Position numbers and translations under genes: made by a program. This document shows, one piece after another, positions 1 through 15,100 of a stretch of DNA of 64,000 bases. Each line of letters begins with the position of its first letter. Positions within the stretch are counted from its first letter, which is position 1. Source of the stretch: Haliotis rubra. Its lineage: Eukaryota. The DNA lies in assembly GCF_003918875.1 (NCBI RefSeq), contig NW_025766869.1, positions 434,001 to 498,000 of the forward strand, read 5' to 3'. A model generated the notes under the pieces. That model was not told the origin of the DNA, ran no database searches, and worked only from the letters and a program-made list of their open reading frames with translations.

Positions 1-144
1 CACCTAACCAATTCCTGCATGAACATTGGCTTATATTTATACAATTTTGCTTTTCAGACTTTGGTGCTCACACCATCATTGTAGAGCTCCATTTGTGGTT
101 AAAAAGCATGTTGGAGTTGTAGTGATGAAACCGAAGTACTGTAC

Positions 145-3100
145 CAGTGATTGTGCTGCCAACCATCTTGAGAGTGTCGTTCTTGAGGGTTTCGAGAAGA
201 CCTTTGCCCACAGTGGCGGCATATGGCACGAAGTCCGTTCCTGTCTGTTTGATAGCTCCTCCGATGGTGTTAAGGTCATCCTTCAGGCCGGTCAAGACGT
301 CCCTTTCTGAGCTACGATTAAAAACATACATGTAACTGTGGTTTTGCATTTGAAAGAGTGGTTCGATGCACCTCAGCATTATAAATTACGTTTTAGGGTG
401 CAATGAAGTGAATTTGGTCAATTTTCAGACATGAAACCTTTGAGCTACTCCCCAAATAGAGCAAGCACATTTTGTAGGCAAGCTTTAGGAATCAAATATC
501 ATGCATACTTACATATCTCTCTTGCCGTGGAATAGGTTTGCAAGTGCCTGACCAAGAAGATCTGAAAGAATAAAAGTGAACGGTATGTTTTTCCATTCAA
601 AGTTTACAAACGTCCCAGGTTGTACTCTTTACTTTACCGTTTGTAATGCTTACATGGACGTATTGACCCTTAAGTGTACATTGTGCTCATGTTCTATACC
701 TGTGAATGTGCCACTACGTTATAACAAACGCGCTTGTAAAGAACAGACGGATAAAACGAACACAGTTGTTTTTCCTCTCTTGGTCACCTGCTGCATTTTA
801 GTCGGATTGCATATGTACGGTTAGGAGGTGAGAAGACGTGAAATTGGGTTTAACGTCGTGCTTGAGAATATTTCGCTCATATGACGACGTGCATGCATGT
901 GTATGTGTATGTGCGGCTGCTTGTATTACCCCAGACTGAAGCTGGTTTTATAGTGCTAGCCCACTGAGATACCATGCCGCAGTGAAGCATGAATACCCCA
1001 CTCAGACACATTATACTGACTCCGAGCCGACCGGTCCTTGTTGTACCCATGAATGCCAAGCGCCAGACAGGGACCAACAAGCACCATATTTAACGTCTTT
1101 TGATTTGACGCGGTCGGGGAACCCGCGACCTGCCGCTCTCCGGGCGGACGCTCTAACCACTACACCACGGATGCGGTCCTCAAAATAGGGAAGTATACCC
1201 AACATAGTGTTCCCCATTGATGAATCAAATGTGTATGTGGTCTCCACATATCCTCTGCAACCTTGTGATAGCTTTCGACCATGTAATATACGTATGCAAC
1301 TTTTGAGTTCCGGAGGACCTCCAAAATTGTGAAATGTAGACAACAAAGGTTCGAATATTTAAGCCTAAAAATGAGTCTTGAAAAGTTTAATTCACATCTG
1401 AAATCTCCCAGGTGGTGTTCATTTTAACAGCGCACTGATTTTTCACGCGTGAGCTCACATGTGAAACAAACATGTTTCACTGGACGTTTTTATGCCTGTT
1501 TGAGATGGATAAATCAGTGGAAGGGAACTGGTCGTTTGACCATCACTGAAAGATATCAGATTATCAATAGACCGGAAGCCTAAGTTTGATTTCAAGGCAA
1601 GATTGCCTTAAATTTCACTTGAAATAGAATAGTATGGTAGACATGGAGTTGTTCAATGCAATTCTCTGCTTATGACTTCAGCTAATTGTATGGTCATGTG
1701 AAGCTAAATGTTCTTCGTAAGTGTTTGTTGTGGCGCCACAGTTTGATAGTGATTCGTAAATATATATGTAAACCATAGGCAAAATCGTGCAATGTGCCTT
1801 GCTTATAGCCGAGATCTGTGAATATGGACAGAGTTTTGCTGCTTTATTTACAGTAACGTATTGGTGTTTATGCACACAATTGTGTGGCTTATGTGAGTGG
1901 TTCATATGATTATGTCTTCAACGTCTAAGTGCACACTGTGTTGTGGCGTTCAAATAATTTCACCATTGCACATCTCACCGGTGATTGTGCCTCCAACCAT
2001 CTTGAGAGTGTCGTTCCCAAGAGTTCCCAGAAGCGGCAGTTGAAATGTGCATTATCGTTAGCTATTTTATAGTTAACATTAGCCGATACAATCAATGAAA
2101 GCGTTTCTTGGTATGTTCAGAGAGTATTTGGAAAAAGTGGAATTCTAAGTTTGTGAATTCAAAGAAAACCTCAAAGGAATTGCTTGGACGTTTGCAATCT
2201 TATAAAAAACAACGACTGACGTCAATGAATTTACGGTCTTAAACGTCTTCTTATCGTCTTTGTGTGCATTTCATCGAATCTTGAAATATTTCCGTCAACG
2301 TATATTTTACCACTCAGTGTTCCTCCCACCATCTTGAGAGTGTCGTTCTTAAGAGTTCCCAGAAGATCTTTGCCAATGCCTGCAGCATATGGTACGAAGT
2401 CCTTTCCTGTCTGTTGGACAGCACCACCGATGGTTTGCAGATCGTTCTTGATGTCCGTCAGGATATCCCTTTCTGAGCTACGAATTCATAATAATTCATA
2501 TGATCTGGTGCGGTATTTGTTAGGGTGTCTTTCTAAATGATCGCTCTAGGTATGTTAACAATATCCAGTGGGGGTCAAGGGGTGTGAATGGTATGTGCGC
2601 ATATCTGAAATGCAGCAGTGTAATTAAGTTTCATCAGATATTGAGACTGACAGCTCCTCCTTAGTAGAACATACACTTGGTACAATACACTTAAAGGTGG
2701 ATCACAATAAGTATAGGATATTGTGTATACTTACAGATCTCTCTTGCCATGGAATAATTGCCCAAAAACATCTGAAACAGAAGAATTTGTTTTGTTTTTG
2801 TGAAAAGTGTTTTTTCACTAGGTTTTCATAAATTATCTTCGTTGTGGTGTTCAAGGTAATGTTAGTATTATATACATCCGGTGTTAGTGAGGGTAAAGGG
2901 ATTAATGTGGTTATTATAATTGCATTGTTTAAATTGCATATATTACCATTGTTATCATTGTTCTAAGGACGGATCAGATGGAACTACACTAACCATCAAA
3001 GGTTTAGACTCACTAGTGTTAATGTAGCCACTTACTTCAGTCAACTGTTCTGAACTAGATTGTGCTAAATATTCCATACTGTTTAAAGGAACTGATGTAT

Positions 3101-6100
3101 TGTAAAACAAATTCGTAACGTTGAAAAGATTATTGTAATGAGTTCAATAAATGATGAAACTGGCTGAAAATTGGCGAATTCTTAACAAAACTTTACACCA
3201 AAACGCAGCTGTTTACATGCACGATACTAGTATTTGCATATGCTTTTCAACATTTTGATGCATAATTCTCGTGCAGTTCACCTGCATAAGGTTTGCATTT
3301 GGTTCCCACAAGTTAGTGGAAAAATTCATCTTCGATGTAACCACATGTATATACATAACATATAGTGAGTGCTTTAAGTGAGTCTAAACTTTTGATGGGT
3401 AGTATACTTTACTACAATGAAACACTGTTGTGTCATACTCTAATGTTGCGTCGACTGTACGGGTGTCTCGAAGTAAAAGCATGGCCCTTATATATTCCTT
3501 TTAAGTGATCATTTTGCGGATGAATGGATCCTAGAAAAAACCCAAGTATACTTCGAAGACAACTTCGATACAATATTGTTTGTCTGCATACTGACTTAAC
3601 CAAAACCCTAAGGGTTAGAAAATGTTTGATTTCAGAGTGGAACTAAGTTGAATTCTGTCAAATGTATCCCCTCTGAAAACCGCTATTCAATATAACAAAG
3701 GTAGCTAGTAACAAGCTACTGAGCATCTTTAAATATTATCTCCTGTCTTTCAGTAGTGTCGATATTTATTTTTTCAATCCTGAATCGTTATGCACAGGCC
3801 TGCATGTGAAACACTCGAGGCGATCTCACTGATCTTTACAGTGGGGCGGTGGGGTAGCCTAGTTGTCAAAGCGTTCGCTTGTCACGCCAAAGACGTGAGT
3901 TCCATTCCCCACATGAGGACAATGTGTAAAACCTATTTCTGGTGTCCCCCGCCGTGATATTGCTGGAGTATTGCTAAAAACAGCGTAAAACTAAACCCAC
4001 TCACTCACTCACTCACGCCTGTATTTTTGGCTTGGCAAATCTGTGGAAGGGAAATGGTCAAGTGTCCGTTGCTGACAGATATGAAAGCATGGTGTTGTGG
4101 TGTTGAAATATTATTGTGTGATAGGACATGATTTACCGCTGACTGTGCCTCCAACCATCTTGGCGGTGTCGGTCACGAGGGTTCCCAGGAAATCTTTGCC
4201 AATGCCTGCAGCAAATGGTATGAAGTCCTTTCCTGTTTGTATGACAGCACCACCGACGGCTTCAATGTCATTCTTGATGTCGATCAGAAGATTCCTTTCT
4301 GAGCTACGAGTTGACAAGAAATATTTGCTTTAGGATTCTGTTTGTTTTCTTTTCCTTTTCGTTGTTGATGGGTCTATTTATAATCTCTCAGAGTATGACA
4401 ACAGTATCAAGTGAAGGTGTATATTTGTATATTTTAGATGATAAGTAATTAGGTTATATCAGTCGTCGATATCTTTAAAGGTACTATTTCACACCACACT
4501 TCTCTAAAAATATATAATGCATTTCTCTCACTAATACTATCAGCCCTCAGAGAAACTACCATATGATATATTCCAAACAAATGTGTATTTAGATTACAAT
4601 ATTAAATTAAAAAGTTCGGATGACTATAATTATAATAATTTATATGATCTAATGCTGTGATTGTTAGGGTTCCTTTCTGAATGAACTCTCTAAGTGTATG
4701 AACAATATCCAGTGGGGGACTACGGGTGTGAATTGTGTGTGCTTATATCTGAAATACCGTAATTAAGTTTCATCAGGCAGTGACATTGACAACTGCTCCC
4801 TTAGTAGAACATACACTTGGTACAATACTCTTAAAGGTGAATCAGAATAAGTATAGGATATTGTGTATACTTACAGATCTCTCTTGCCATGGAATAATTT
4901 CGATAGAGCTTGCCCAAGAAGATCTGAAACAGAAGTGAAGGGGTTTTCGTGAAAATTGTTTTTGCCATAGTTTTCAATAAATTATCTTCGTTGTGGTGTT
5001 CACGTTAGAGTTAGTACTGTCTAAATTCCGGTGTTAGTGATGATAAAGGGATTACAGTGGTTATTATCATTGCATTGTTTATATTGCTGCTGTCTTGCAT
5101 ATATTACCATTGTTGTTATGCTACGGAAAGGCCAGGCCATATGGAACTAATATACTATAGTGGAACAATGTCGAGTCGGACTCGTATGTGTCGAATGTAG
5201 GGTTATCTCGAAGTGAAAGCTTGATCCCTGTACATTCCTTTTAATGACTAATTTGAGGCTCTGTCGAACCTACAAGACTTCAAAGTATTTACGTACGTAC
5301 CTTCACCTTTGATACAATATTGTTTGACTAAACCGAACCCGAAGGATTTGTTAGAATATGTTTAATTTCAGAATGGAATTAAGTTAAATTCTGTCAAATG
5401 TAGTCCCTATCCACCATGGACACCACTATTCCATATAACAAAACTAATGGAACAGTTTGATCCACTGGATATTGTAACTAAACGTGGATACCATAGATCT
5501 GAACAATGTCAGAAAATGTCACAAGCTACTGAGAATCTTTAAGTATTATCTCCTGTCTTTCAGTATTGTCAATATATACCTTATCACTCTAAATCGCTAT
5601 GCATAGGCCTGCATGAGAAACACTCGAGGCGATCTCACTGATCCTAGGACGAGAGCGGTGGGGTATCCTCGTTGTCAAAGCTGGGTACAATGTGTGAAGC
5701 TTTTTCCTGGATTCCCCCGCCGAGATATTGCTGGAATATTGCTAAAAGCGGTGTAAAACTAAACTTACTCAAACCTGTGTTTCTGGGTTGGTTTGTGTGT
5801 GGAAGGGAAAGGGCCATGTGTCCGTTGGTGACAGATATGAAAGCATGGTGTTGTGGTGTTGAAATAATATTGTGTGATTGGACATGATTTACCGCTGACT
5901 GTGCCTCCAACCATCTTGGCAGTGTCGTTCATGAGGGTTCCCAGGAGATCTTTGCCAATGCCTGCAGCAAATGGTACGAAGTCCTTTCCTGTTTCTTTGA
6001 AAGCACCACCGATGGTTTGCAAGTCATCCTTGATGTCGGTCAGAAGATTCCTTTCTGAGCTACGAGTTGATAAAATATTTGCTTTAGGATTCTGTTTGTT

Positions 6101-9100
6101 TTATTGTTTTGTTTATATATGGAAGAATCTCTCACAGTATGTCAGCAGTATCCAGTGATGATTAAGGAATGTCAGGTGTATGCTTGGATATCTGACATGA
6201 AAAGTTAAGTTATATCAATCGTCGATATTTGTAAATGCTTCCAAAGTAGACCCTATGCTGGATAGAATCAGGAGGTTGTAAATCAGGAGATTTAAAGGTG
6301 GATCATGATAAGTATGGGGTGTTGGGTAAACTTACAGATCTCTCTTGCCATGAAAAAGGTTTGCAAGAGCCTGACCAAGAAGATCTGAAACCAAGGAAAT
6401 CGCGGCAGTTGAAATGTGCTTTATCGTTAACTATTTTATTGTTACCATTAGCCGATACAATCAATGAAAGCGTTTCTTGTAATGTTCAGAGAGTATTTGG
6501 AAAAAGTGGAATCCTAAGTTTGTGAATTCAAAGAAAACCTCAAAGGAATTGCTTGGACGTTTGCAATCTTATAAAAACAACGACTGACGTCAATGAATTT
6601 ACGGTCTTAAACGACTTCTTATCGTCTTTGAGTGCATTTCATCGAATCTTAAAATATTTCCGTCAACGTATTTTTTACCACTCAGTGTTCCTCCAACCAT
6701 CTTGAGAGTGTCGTTCTTAAGAGTTCCCAGAAGATCATTGCCAATGCCTGCAGCAAATGGTACGAAGTCCTTTCCTGTCTGTTGGACAGCACCACCGATG
6801 GTTTGCAGGTCGTTCTTGATGTCAGTCAAGATATCCCTTTCTGATCTACGATTTGAAACAAAATGTATTTAATCTGGCATCTCTAAGTACGTGAATGATC
6901 TCAAGTGGGGACTAGGGGTGTGAATTGTATGTGCGTATATCTGAAATGCAGTAATTAAGATTTATTAGACATTGACATCAGCTCAGTTAATAGAACATAC
7001 ACTTGGCACTTAAAGGTGGATCACAATAAGCATCAGATATTGTGTATACTTACAGATCTCTCTTGCCATTGAATAATTTCGATAGAGCTTGCCCAAGAAG
7101 ATCTGAAAAGAAGTGGAGGAGTTTTCGTGAAATGTTTTTTATTCATTAGATTTTCAAAAATTATCTTCGTTGTGGTGTTCACGTTAATGTCAGTATTATC
7201 TACATTTCGGTGTTAGTGATGATAAAGGAATTAATGTGGTTATTATAATGGCATTGTCTATATTGCTGCTGTCTTGCATGTTTTACCATTGTTGTTATAC
7301 TCCTAAAAGGCGGCGTCTTATGGAACTAATATCCTATAGTGGAACACTGTTGAGTCGGACTCGTATGTGTCGATTGTACGGTTGTCTCGAAGTAAATGTT
7401 TGATCCCTGTACATTCCTTTTAGTTAACAGGCAGCTTGGGTTATCCGGGGTAATAATGGCCTTGATTGTTAGCGCTATGAGCATACCTAGTGTGGAGTTT
7501 GGCGCTATATAAATGGACACATTATTATTATTATTATTATTAATATTTTGAGGCTCTGTCGAACTTACAAGACTTCGAAGTATTTACGTACGTACCTTCA
7601 ACTTTGATACGATATTGTTTGACTGCATATTGGCTAAACCGAACACTAAGGATTTGTTAGAATATGTTTAATTTCAGAATGGAACTAAGTTAAATTCTGT
7701 CAAATTTAGTCATTATTCACACTGGACACCACTATTCCATAAAACAAAACTAATGGAACAGTTTGATCCACTGGATATTGTAAGAAAACGTGGATACCAT
7801 AGATCTGAACAATGTCAGAAACTGTTCTTATCTTTCCCCAACGGCGGCACCCGTCACAAGCTACTGAGAATCGTTATGTATTATCTCCTGTCTTTCAGTA
7901 TTGTCAATATTTACTTTTTCACTCTGAATCGGTATGCAGAGTCCTGCATGTGAAACACTCGAGGTAATCTCACTGGCACTACGAGGACACCGGTAGGGTA
8001 GCCTAATGGTCAAAGCGTTCGCTCGTTACGCCGAAGACCCGGGTTCGATTCCCACACGGGTAAAATGTGTGAAGCTCATTTCTGGTGTCTCCCATCGTGA
8101 TATTGCTGGAGTATTGCTAAACGCGGCGTAATACTAAACTCACTCACTCACGCCTCTATATCCGGGTTGGTAAATCTCCGGAAGTGAAATGGCCATATGT
8201 CCGTTGGTGACAGATATGAAAGCATGGTGTTGTGGTGTTGAAATAATATTGTATTATTGGACATGATTTACCGCTGACTGTGCCTCCAACCATCTTGGCA
8301 GTGTCGTTCATGAGGGTTCCCAGGAGATCTTTGCCAATGCCTGCAGCAAATGGCACGAAGTCCTTTCCTGTTTCTTTGAAAGCCCCGAGGATGGTCTGCA
8401 GGTCATTCTTGATGTCGGTCAGAAGATTCCTTTCTGAGCTACGAGTTGACAAGAAATATTTGCTTTGGGATTCTGTTTGTTTTGTTTTGTTTTATGTTGT
8501 TGTTGGGTTTGTTTATAATCTCTCAGAGTATGACAACAGTATCAAGTGAAGGTGTATGTTGGTATATTTTAGATGATAAGTAATTAGGTTATATCAGTCG
8601 TCGATATCTTTAAAGACACTATTTCACACCACACTTCTCTAAAAATATATAATGCATTTCTCTCACTAATACTATCAGCCCTCAGGGAAGCTACCATATA
8701 AATTATTCAAAACAAATGCGTATTTAGATTAGATATTAAATTAAAAAGTTCGAATGACTATAATGATAATAATTTAAATGAGCTGATGCTGTGTTTGTTA
8801 GGGTTCCTTTCTGAATGATCTCTCTAAGCATGTGAACAGTATCCAGTGGGGCACTACGGGTGTGAATTGTGTGTGCTCATATCTGAAATACCGTAATTAA
8901 TTTTCATCAGACAGTGACATTGACAACTGCTCACTTAGTAGAAGGTACACTTGGTGCAATACTCTTAAAGATGAATCACAATAAGTATAGGATATTGTGT
9001 ATACTTACAGGTCTCTCTTGCCATGGAATAATTTTGAAAGAGCTTGCCCAAGAAGATCTGAAACAAAAGTGGAAGGGGTTTCGTGAAAATTGTTTTCATA

Positions 9101-12100
9101 AATTATCTTCGTTGTGGTGTACAAGGTAGTGTTAGTGTTATCTACTTTCCGTTGTTAGTGATGATAAAGGGAGTAATGTAGCTATTATAATTGCATTGTT
9201 TATATTGCTGCTGTCTTGCATATATTACCATTGTTATTATGTTGCTAAACGGTTGGGTCATATGGAACTACTTTACTACAGTGAAACACCGATGTGTCGG
9301 ACTCTAATGTTGTGTCGACCGCGTGTTTGTCTCGAAGTACAAGTATGGCCCTTGTATATTCCTTTTTAGTGATGATTTAGCGGATGTGTGGATCCTAGAA
9401 TAACTCGAAGTATTTACCTACGTACCTTCAACCTCGATACAATATCGTTTGATTGCATATTGACTTAACCACATCCTAAGGATTTGTTAGAATATGTTTA
9501 ATTTTAGAGTGATACTAAGTTGAATTATGTCAAATGGATACACTCTGGACGCAAATATTCCATATAACAAAGCTAGCTAGACTCATGCTACTGAACATCT
9601 GTAAGTATTATCTCCTGTCTTTCAGTAGTGTCGATATTTACTGTTCCACTCTGTATTTCCGGGTTGGTAAATGTGTGGAAGGGAAAATGACCATTTGTCC
9701 GTTGGTGACAGATATCAGATGTTGTAGTGCTGAAATAATACTGTGTGATTGGACATGATTTACCGCTGACTGTGCCTCCAACCATCTTAACAGTGTCGTT
9801 CATGAGGGTTCCCAGGAGATCTTTGCCAATGCCTGCAGCAAATGGCACGAAGTCCTTTCCTGTTTCTTTGAAAGCCCCGCCGATGGTCTGCAGGTCATTC
9901 TTGATGTCGGTCAGAAGATTCCTTTCTGAGCTACGAGTTGACAAGAAATATTTGCTTTGGGATTCTGTTTGTTTTGTTTTGTTTTATGTTGTTGTTGGGT
10001 TAATTCATCAATCTCTCAGAGTATGACAACAGTATCAAGTGAAGGTGTATGTTGGTATAGTTTAGATGATAAGTAATTAGGTTATATCAGTCGTCGATAT
10101 CTTTAAAGACACTATTTCACACCACACTTCTCTAAAAATATATAATGCATTTCTCTCACTAATACTATCAGCCCTCAGGGAAGCTACCATATAAATTATT
10201 CAAAACAAATGCGTATTTAGATTAGATATTAAATTCAAAAGTTCGAATGACTATAATGATAATAATTTATATGATCTGATGCTGTGTTTGTTAGGGTTCC
10301 TTTCTGAATGATCTCTCTAAGCATGTGAACAGTATCCAGTGGGGCACTACGGGTGTGAATTGTGTGTGCTCATATCTGAAATACCGTAATTAATTTTCAT
10401 CAGACAGTGACATTGACAACTGCTCACTTAGTAGAAGGTACACTTGGTACAATACTCTTAAAGGTGAAACAGAATAAGTATAGGATATTGTGTATACTTA
10501 CAGGTCTCTCTTGCCATGGAATAATTTTGAAAGAGCTTGCCCAAGAAGATCTGAAACAAAAGTGGAAGGGGTTTCCGTGAAAATTGTTGTTTCATTATGT
10601 TTTCATAAATTATCTTCGTCGTGGTGTACAAGGTAGTGTTAGTATTATCTACTTTCCGGTGTTAGCGATGATAAAGGGATTAATGTGGTGTTTATATTGC
10701 TGCTGTCTTGCATATATCACCATTGTTATTATGTTGCTAAACGGCTGGGTCATATGGAACTACTTTACTACAGTGAAACACCGATGTGTCGGACTCTAAT
10801 GTTGTGTCGACCGCGCGTTTGTCTCGAAGTACAAGTATGGCCCTTGTTTATTCGTTTTTAGTGATGATTTAGCGGATGTGTGGATCCTAGAATAACTCGA
10901 AGTATTTACCTACGTACCTTCAACCTCGATACAATATTGTTTGATTGCATATTGACTTAACCACATCCTAAGGATTTGTTAGAATATGTTTAATTTTAGA
11001 GTGGAACTAAGTTGAATTATGTCAAATGGATACACTCTGGACGCAAATATTCCATATAACAAAGCTAGCTAGACCCATGCTACTGAACATCTTTAAGTAT
11101 TATCTCCTGTCTTTCAGTAGTGTCGATATTTACTGTTCCACTCTGAATCGTCCTGCATGTAAAACATTCGTGGCGATCTCACTGGTCCTTACGGGGGAAC
11201 GGCGGGGTGTAAGTGGTCGCTCGTCACGCCGAAGATCTGGGTTCGATTCCCCACATGGGTACAATGTGTAAAACGTATTTATTGTGCTCCCCGCCATGAT
11301 ATTGCTGGAGTATTGCTAAAACTAAACTCACTCACTCGCTCACTCACGCCTGTATTTCCGGGTTGGTAAATGTGTGGAAGGGAAAATGACCTTGTGTCCG
11401 TTGGTGACAGATATCAGATGTTGTAGTGCTGAAATAATACTGTGTGATTGGACATGATTTACCGCTGACTGTGCCTCCAACCATCTTAACAGTGTCGTTC
11501 ATGAGGGTTCCCAGGAGATCTTTGCCAATGCCTGCAGCAAATGGTACGAAGTCCTTTCCTGTTTCTTTGAAAGCACCACCGATGGTTTGCAAGTCATCCT
11601 TGATGTCGGTCAGAAGATTCCTTTCTGAGCTACGAGTTGATAAAAATATTTGCTTTAGGATTCTGTTTGTTTTATTGTTTTGTTTATATATGGAAGAATC
11701 TCTCACAGTATGTCAGCAGTATCCAATGAGGCTTAAGGAATGTCAGGTGTATGCTTGGATATCTGACATGAAAAGTTAAGTTATATCAATCGTCGATATT
11801 TGTAAATGCTTCCAAAGTAGACCCTATGCTGGATAGAATCAGGAGGTTGTAAGCCCAGAGGATTAAAGGTGGATCATGATAAGTATGGGATGTTGGGTAA
11901 ACTTACAGATCTCTCTTGCCATGAAACAGGTTTGCTAGAGCCTGACCAAGAAGATCTGAAACCGAAATGAATCACTGTAAATGTTAAACACCATTATCTT
12001 ACATAACAAACTTAAGAAACAGCTTCATCTTTGATCAATGGAGAACGCGTTGACTAAACGTGGAAATCATACATATTGTTACGATCTTTGGCATCAACGC

Positions 12101-15100
12101 TTCAGTACAATTTGTGATATATTAGCAAACAAGTGTAATAAAATATATTTGTGAAATGACGGACTTCCTGATGAAAAGCATCAGTGATTGTTTGTTCTTG
12201 GAAACCACACAACGCAGAGTTACAGGATCCATAAATAATCAAGTTTGCACCACACCACCAAGTGACTGAACTCGCTGTCAGCATCGATTGGCATATGCAG
12301 ACAAGCATCACCAAAGGAGCGAACCTGACCACGCAAGTTTGTTATTCACGTCGTACAACAAGGACAGGTTATTGTGAACCATTTCTAACAAGGATCTTCA
12401 ATGTTAGCATCTATGTAAACCCGGGACATACAACACATTTTTGCTGAAGTTAAAACTGCTTTGGTATTCGCTGCACATGCTCATTTTGATAATGAAACTT
12501 TTGACGCTTACATGGACGTTTGAATCATACTGCGTCTCTAGGTGCATTTTGTTTTCGTGGCATGTGAAATGTTTCCGTCAACGTATGTGTTTTACCAGTA
12601 AGTGTTCCTCCAACCATCTTGAGAGTGTCATTCTGAATAGTTCCCAGAAGATCTTTGCCGATGCCAGCAGCAAATGGTACGAAGTCCTTTCCTGTCTGTT
12701 GGACAGCACCACCGATGGTTTGCAGATCGTTCTTGATGTCCGTCAGGATGTCCCTTTCTGAGCTACGAGTTAAAGCAATATATATCTGGCCTTGTGTTTC
12801 CTTAGGTTCTTTCTCTTTTAATAGTAAAGGACAAGGGTAGTAGTACAACTAACATGCGTTGAGTACCTATTCTATCAGACATTGATTTGGTAACTGCTCC
12901 CTGTCCTGGGCAGACCATACATTTGGACACTAAAGTGTGGATCAGAATAAGTACCGCATTCTGTGTCATTCTTGATGTCGGTCAGAAGATTCCTTTCTGA
13001 GCTACGAGTTGATAAAAATATTTGCTTTAGGATTCTGTTTGTTTTATTGTTTTGTTTATATATGGAAGAATATCTCACAGTATGTCAGCAGTATCCAGTG
13101 GTGCTTAAGGAATGTCAGGTGTATGCTTGGATATCTGACATGAAAAGTTAACTTATATCAATCGTCGATATTAGTAAATGCTTCCAAAGTAGACCCTACA
13201 CTGGATAGAATCGGGAGGTTGTAGACCCGGAGTGAGTGAGTGAGTTTGGTTTTACGCCGCTTTTAGCAATATTCCAGCAATATCACGGCGGGGGACACCA
13301 GAAATGGGCTTAACACATTGTACCCATGTGGGGAATCGAACCCGGATCTCTGGCATGACGAGCGAACGCCTTAACCACTAGGCTTCCCCACCGCCCCTTG
13401 TAGCCCGGAGGATTAAAGGTGGATCGTGATAAGTATGGGATGTTTGGTAAACTTACAGATCTCTCTTGCCATGAAACAGGTTTGCAAGAGCCTGCCCAAG
13501 AAGATCTGAAACAAAAATGAACTGATGCAAAATAAAACAAGGTTTATTGTTAACATTTATGTTGTTCACGTTTATCTGTTATAACAACTACACTAGAGAT
13601 TACATAAGGTTTCTTGCGTATTTGTTACTGTGTAAATAACAAAAACAGTAATTCTACAAAATTCAGGGAATACAAAATATATTAAATAGAAATACAAAGT
13701 GACTGGTGCATTTTGTTGTCATTTGGCGTCATTTTCATATTTTATATGGTTCAGTCTTTGTTGTCTACTTTTCATTACTTTTGGGATAGATTCGAGTAGG
13801 CACATTTCGACGAAAATTCAAAACACGTCCTAAGGATCCTGGTCGAAAGTCGTTACAATATTCAAGGCCATGGAAAACTATCAAAAACAACCTTGCTATG
13901 TTCTGGTATTATGTATTTGTTCTGTGGTGTCTGTTCCTATATATTATTTATGATTTATGACACGATTTTGTCACTAACATTCATATGATCATTTTAATGA
14001 GTGAGCGTTAATAACATAATGTATTGTGCTGTTGTGGTGAAACTTCACTCAAATATTTGTGTTACCAGTGATTGTTCCTCCGACCATCTTGAGTGTGTCG
14101 TTCTCAAGAGTTCCCAGCAGATCTTTGCCAATGCCTGTAGCAAATGGTACGAAGTCCTTCCCTGTCTGTTTGATGGCACCACCAATAGTTTCCAAATCGT
14201 CCTTGATGCCGTTCAGGACATCCCTTTCTGTGCTGTGTCAAAAATGTACAACTGTACTTTGCTTTTCTTAAAAAGGTACTTTGTGGATTGCAACATTTAC
14301 ACCAATACGCATTTATGCTAGTGGATTGATGGCCAAATAGAAGTAACTTGGATTTCTGTCTGACATCAATCTTTTGAGCAACTTCCCAAATATATTTACA
14401 TGCGAAGTAATATTTCTTCATATATCATTGGAAATACGTTTTAGGCGTTGTGCGGCTGAAATGTTGAGTAATATGCTGTATATCAAACATTTCAACTGTT
14501 CCCAAATTAGCACCTATATCTGATGCAGTTAGAGGTGTGGAAACATGCATGTTATGTGATAGGGTGGATGATAATCTTAAGTGATAGACTACAGTCTGTA
14601 CATACACCGTATCTCTCTTGCCATTATGGAACAGTTTAGAAAGGGCCTGTCCAAGAAGATCTGCAAAAGAAATGAGTGAGTGAGTGAGTTGAGATTTACG
14701 CCGCACTCAGCAATATTCCAGCTATATGGCGGCGGTCTGTAAATATTCGAGTCTGGACCAGACAATCCAGTGATCAACAGCATGGGCATCGATCTGCGCA
14801 ATTGGGAACCAATGACATGTGTCAACCAAGTCAGCGAGACTGACCACCCGATCCCGTTAGTCGCCTCTTACGACAAGCATAGTTGCCTTTTGTGGCAAGC
14901 ATGGGTTGCTGAAGACCTATTCTACCCCTGATCTTCCAGGGTCCCAAAAGAAAAGAAATGCATGCAGTGAGTGCTGGCACTGAAATGAGTGAGTGAGTAA
15001 GTGAGTATGGTTTTAAGCCGGTTTTAGCAATATTCCAGCAATATCACGGCGGGGGACACCAGAAATGGGCATCACACATTGTACCCATGTGGGGATTCGA

